Source: Promethearchaeota archaeon (GTDB lineage Archaea; Asgardarchaeota; Lokiarchaeia; Sigyniarchaeales; SOKP01). Taken from it: a stretch of 27,924 bases of DNA. Below the pieces are notes generated by a model. That model was not told where the DNA came from, searched no databases, and saw nothing but the letters and a program-made list of their open reading frames with translations. A program made the position numbers and the translations under genes. Positions 25,811 through 27,924 of the stretch are shown here, in pieces (the first letter of the stretch is position 1; every line of letters begins with the position of its first letter). The stretch is from the NCBI GenBank assembly GCA_048941285.1, contig JBHLNS010000043.1:1-27924 (forward strand), given 5' to 3'.

Positions 25811-27924
25811 ATGCCACCTCCAAAAAAGAAAAAACTAGAAGATAAGGAACAAAAGTCACTTTTTTCCTTTGTTGAGGAAAAAGATGAGAAACAAGAAAAA
25901 TCAATTAAAACACCTAAAGAGCCTAAAATTGAAAAACCCAAGCAAGAAAAAGCAAAAAAAGAAGCGCTTCCAAAAAAAGAGCAAATTAAAGAAAAAAGAT
26001 CTTCAAAATTATATTTTACAGGAAAGGATGAGCCTTTTGGGCTAAAATCCGGAAATATTAAAGTAGATAAAGTTTTACGAGAGAGTGTATCTTCGAAATA
26101 TATTCGATATCTTATTGAAAAGGGTGAAATTAATGAAGATATAGAAAGAGGATTATTACTCGATGTAGACTATGATGGTGGACAAAATAAAGCATATTGT
26201 AAGTTCTATGATTTAGATTCTGACGATATAAAGATTTGGATCGATACGACCGATCATGAGCCTTATTGTCTAAGTAAAGAACCTATTTCAGAATTAGAAA
26301 AACTATATTACACTGAATCTACCGGAAAGAAGAAAAAACTGACGGATTACGAAGGATTTCAACGATTTGAAGAAATTCAACGTTTTGATTTATTAGGAGA
26401 TAGAGAGATTGATATGACCAAGATTTATGGTAAAACTCCAACTAATATTGGAGGTTCTGGAATAAATATACGTAATATTTTAGGTAATAATGAAAAAAAA
26501 GCTTGGGAGGCAGATATTAGGTATCATTTGAATTATATATTTGATCGGCAATTAATCCCAGGACTTATCTATAAAGTTGACAATGGAAAGCTTATAAAAT
26601 TAAATTTCGAAGAAACTGATGAAGATTCAAGAAAAATGGCTAATGAACTTCGAACAATATTCAAGGATGAATCTTCAGAAATTCAAGAATTTAGTGAAGA
26701 ATTTTTAGACATTTTTATTACTCCCATTCCAGATGTTAAACGTATGGCTATGGATATTGAGGTTATGGTTGGCGAGAGAGATTATAAAATACCTGATCCA
26801 CGTTTGGCAAAACAAGAAGTCATTAGTATATCATTTGTAGCTTCAGATGGTTTGAAGCTAGTTTACCTACTTGAGAGAGAAGGTTATAAATTTGATAAAT
26901 TACATGAGGAATTCCCTTCTGATGCTAAAATAATTTTTTTCAAATCTGAAAAACAATTATTAACTGAAACTTTTCGACTAATATGGGAGTATCCTGTTCT
27001 TATTACATTTAATGGTGACAATTTTGATTTAAATTACTTATACCATAGAGCAGAAATATTAAAAATTGATAAAGACTTAAATCCTATTCATGTAAAGCGA
27101 GGTTTTGGGATTTTATCACAAGCTGAATGTGACTTACGTAGAGGAATTCATATTGATTTATTTAATTTGTTTTTCAATAGGAGTATTTCCGGTTATGCAT
27201 TTGGAGGTGCTTATGAAAACGCATCTCTTAATTCTATTAGTGCCGCACTATTAGGGGAAGAAAAATTTCAGCACGATGAGATAATTCATGAAATGGAATA
27301 CGATATTCTTTCATGGTATAACCTTAAAGACTCAATCCTCACGTTAGACTTAACAAAATTCAACAGTTCTTTAGTTTGGAATTTAATAATTCTTTTATGC
27401 AGAATCACAAAAATGCCAATTCACGATATGGTTCGCAGGCAAATCTCAACATGGATTCAAAACATCTTTTATTTTGAACATAGAAGAAAAGAAGCACTTA
27501 TTCCCCGTAGATCAGAAATAAAGGAAACGAAACCAGGGGGGATATTATCATCTAAATTTGATGACGATAAATTTTTAGGCGCTTATGTTGTAGATCCTGT
27601 TCCGGGAATTCATTATGATGTAGTAGTTATGGACTTCGCAAGCCTATATCCGTCTATTATAAAGGAATATAATTTATCATATGAAACTGTTTTATGTCCT
27701 CATAAGGATGATAAAGATAATCTTGTTAAAGGAACACCATACCATATATGTACTCATAAAATGGGAATTTTTGCTTATGTTGTAGGTTTTTTCAGAGATA
27801 TAAGAGTCAAGTATTTTAAGCCAAAATCAAGTGATAAAACATTGACTGAAAAGCAACGAAATTATTATTTAACAATACAACAAGCGCTCAAAGTATTTAT
27901 TAATGGTTCCTATGGTGTTTTTGG
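25811..27924 (+). CDS. polB1: Family B DNA polymerase, archaeal B1 group, 3'-truncated by the window
   Basis: Missing from the ORF track because there is no stop in the window. LLDVDYDG..NKAYCKFYD...DTTDHEPY resembles the Dpo1 N-domain. ExoI MDIEV, ExoII FNGDNFD, ExoIII YNLKD, motif A DFASLYPSII, motif B QQALKVFINGSYG. Alternative in-frame ATG at 25802. Confidence 0.93.
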   Translation, partial: MPPPKKKKLEDKEQKSLFSFVEEKDEKQEKSIKTPKEPKIEKPKQEKAKKEALPKKEQIKEKRSSKLYFTGKDEPFGLKSGNIKVDKVLRESVSSKYIRYLIEKGEINEDIERGLLLDVDYDGGQNKAYCKFYDLDSDDIKIWIDTTDHEPYCLSKEPISELEKLYYTESTGKKKKLTDYEGFQRFEEIQRFDLLGDREIDMTKIYGKTPTNIGGSGINIRNILGNNEKKAWEADIRYHLNYIFDRQLIPGLIYKVDNGKLIKLNFEETDEDSRKMANELRTIFKDESSEIQEFSEEFLDIFITPIPDVKRMAMDIEVMVGERDYKIPDPRLAKQEVISISFVASDGLKLVYLLEREGYKFDKLHEEFPSDAKIIFFKSEKQLLTETFRLIWEYPVLITFNGDNFDLNYLYHRAEILKIDKDLNPIHVKRGFGILSQAECDLRRGIHIDLFNLFFNRSISGYAFGGAYENASLNSISAALLGEEKFQHDEIIHEMEYDILSWYNLKDSILTLDLTKFNSSLVWNLIILLCRITKMPIHDMVRRQISTWIQNIFYFEHRRKEALIPRRSEIKETKPGGILSSKFDDDKFLGAYVVDPVPGIHYDVVVMDFASLYPSIIKEYNLSYETVLCPHKDDKDNLVKGTPYHICTHKMGIFAYVVGFFRDIRVKYFKPKSSDKTLTEKQRNYYLTIQQALKVFINGSYGVF

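Noticed and set aside
27620-27924. Inteins at PolB motifs A and B
   Set aside because: DFASLYPSII and KVFINGSYG are uninterrupted. Motif C is outside the window.

Overview
Very AT-rich archaeal chromosomal window. The evidence is a B1-type family B DNA polymerase, an archaeal tRNA-Thr(UGU) without encoded CCA, an AbrB-PhoU regulator and GGTGA-type ribosome-binding sites. Gene content and style suggest Asgard/Lokiarchaeia, which is inference only. The centre (about 9.0-21.4 kb, almost all on the - strand) is a phosphate island with no pstSCAB. In order of transcription it holds a cytoplasmic NPP/alkaline-phosphatase-superfamily enzyme, an unusual solute-binding protein, a fused two-repeat permease, two different ABC ATPases, three DUF47/PhoU-fold proteins around a half-degenerate PiT transporter, and an AbrB-PhoU regulator. 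The degenerate residues of the two ATPases all fall in one composite nucleotide site. Intergenic regions of this island carry a repeated CTATATA/TATATAG box, a candidate Pho box, which I did not see in the other intergenic regions. Other signals are probable ATT and CTG start codons, a structured ~240-nt leader before an unannotated small ORF, and a PolB1 N-terminal tail with PIP-box-like and NLS-like motifs. Flanking genes are metabolic (GH4, aminotransferase, MFS, Fe-S protein, MBL hydrolase, CrtI-like oxidoreductase with a reductase partner, M42 peptidase, geranylgeranyl reductase family, DUF362). No CRISPR array, mobile element or intein was seen. All family calls come from motif recognition by eye; no database search was run.
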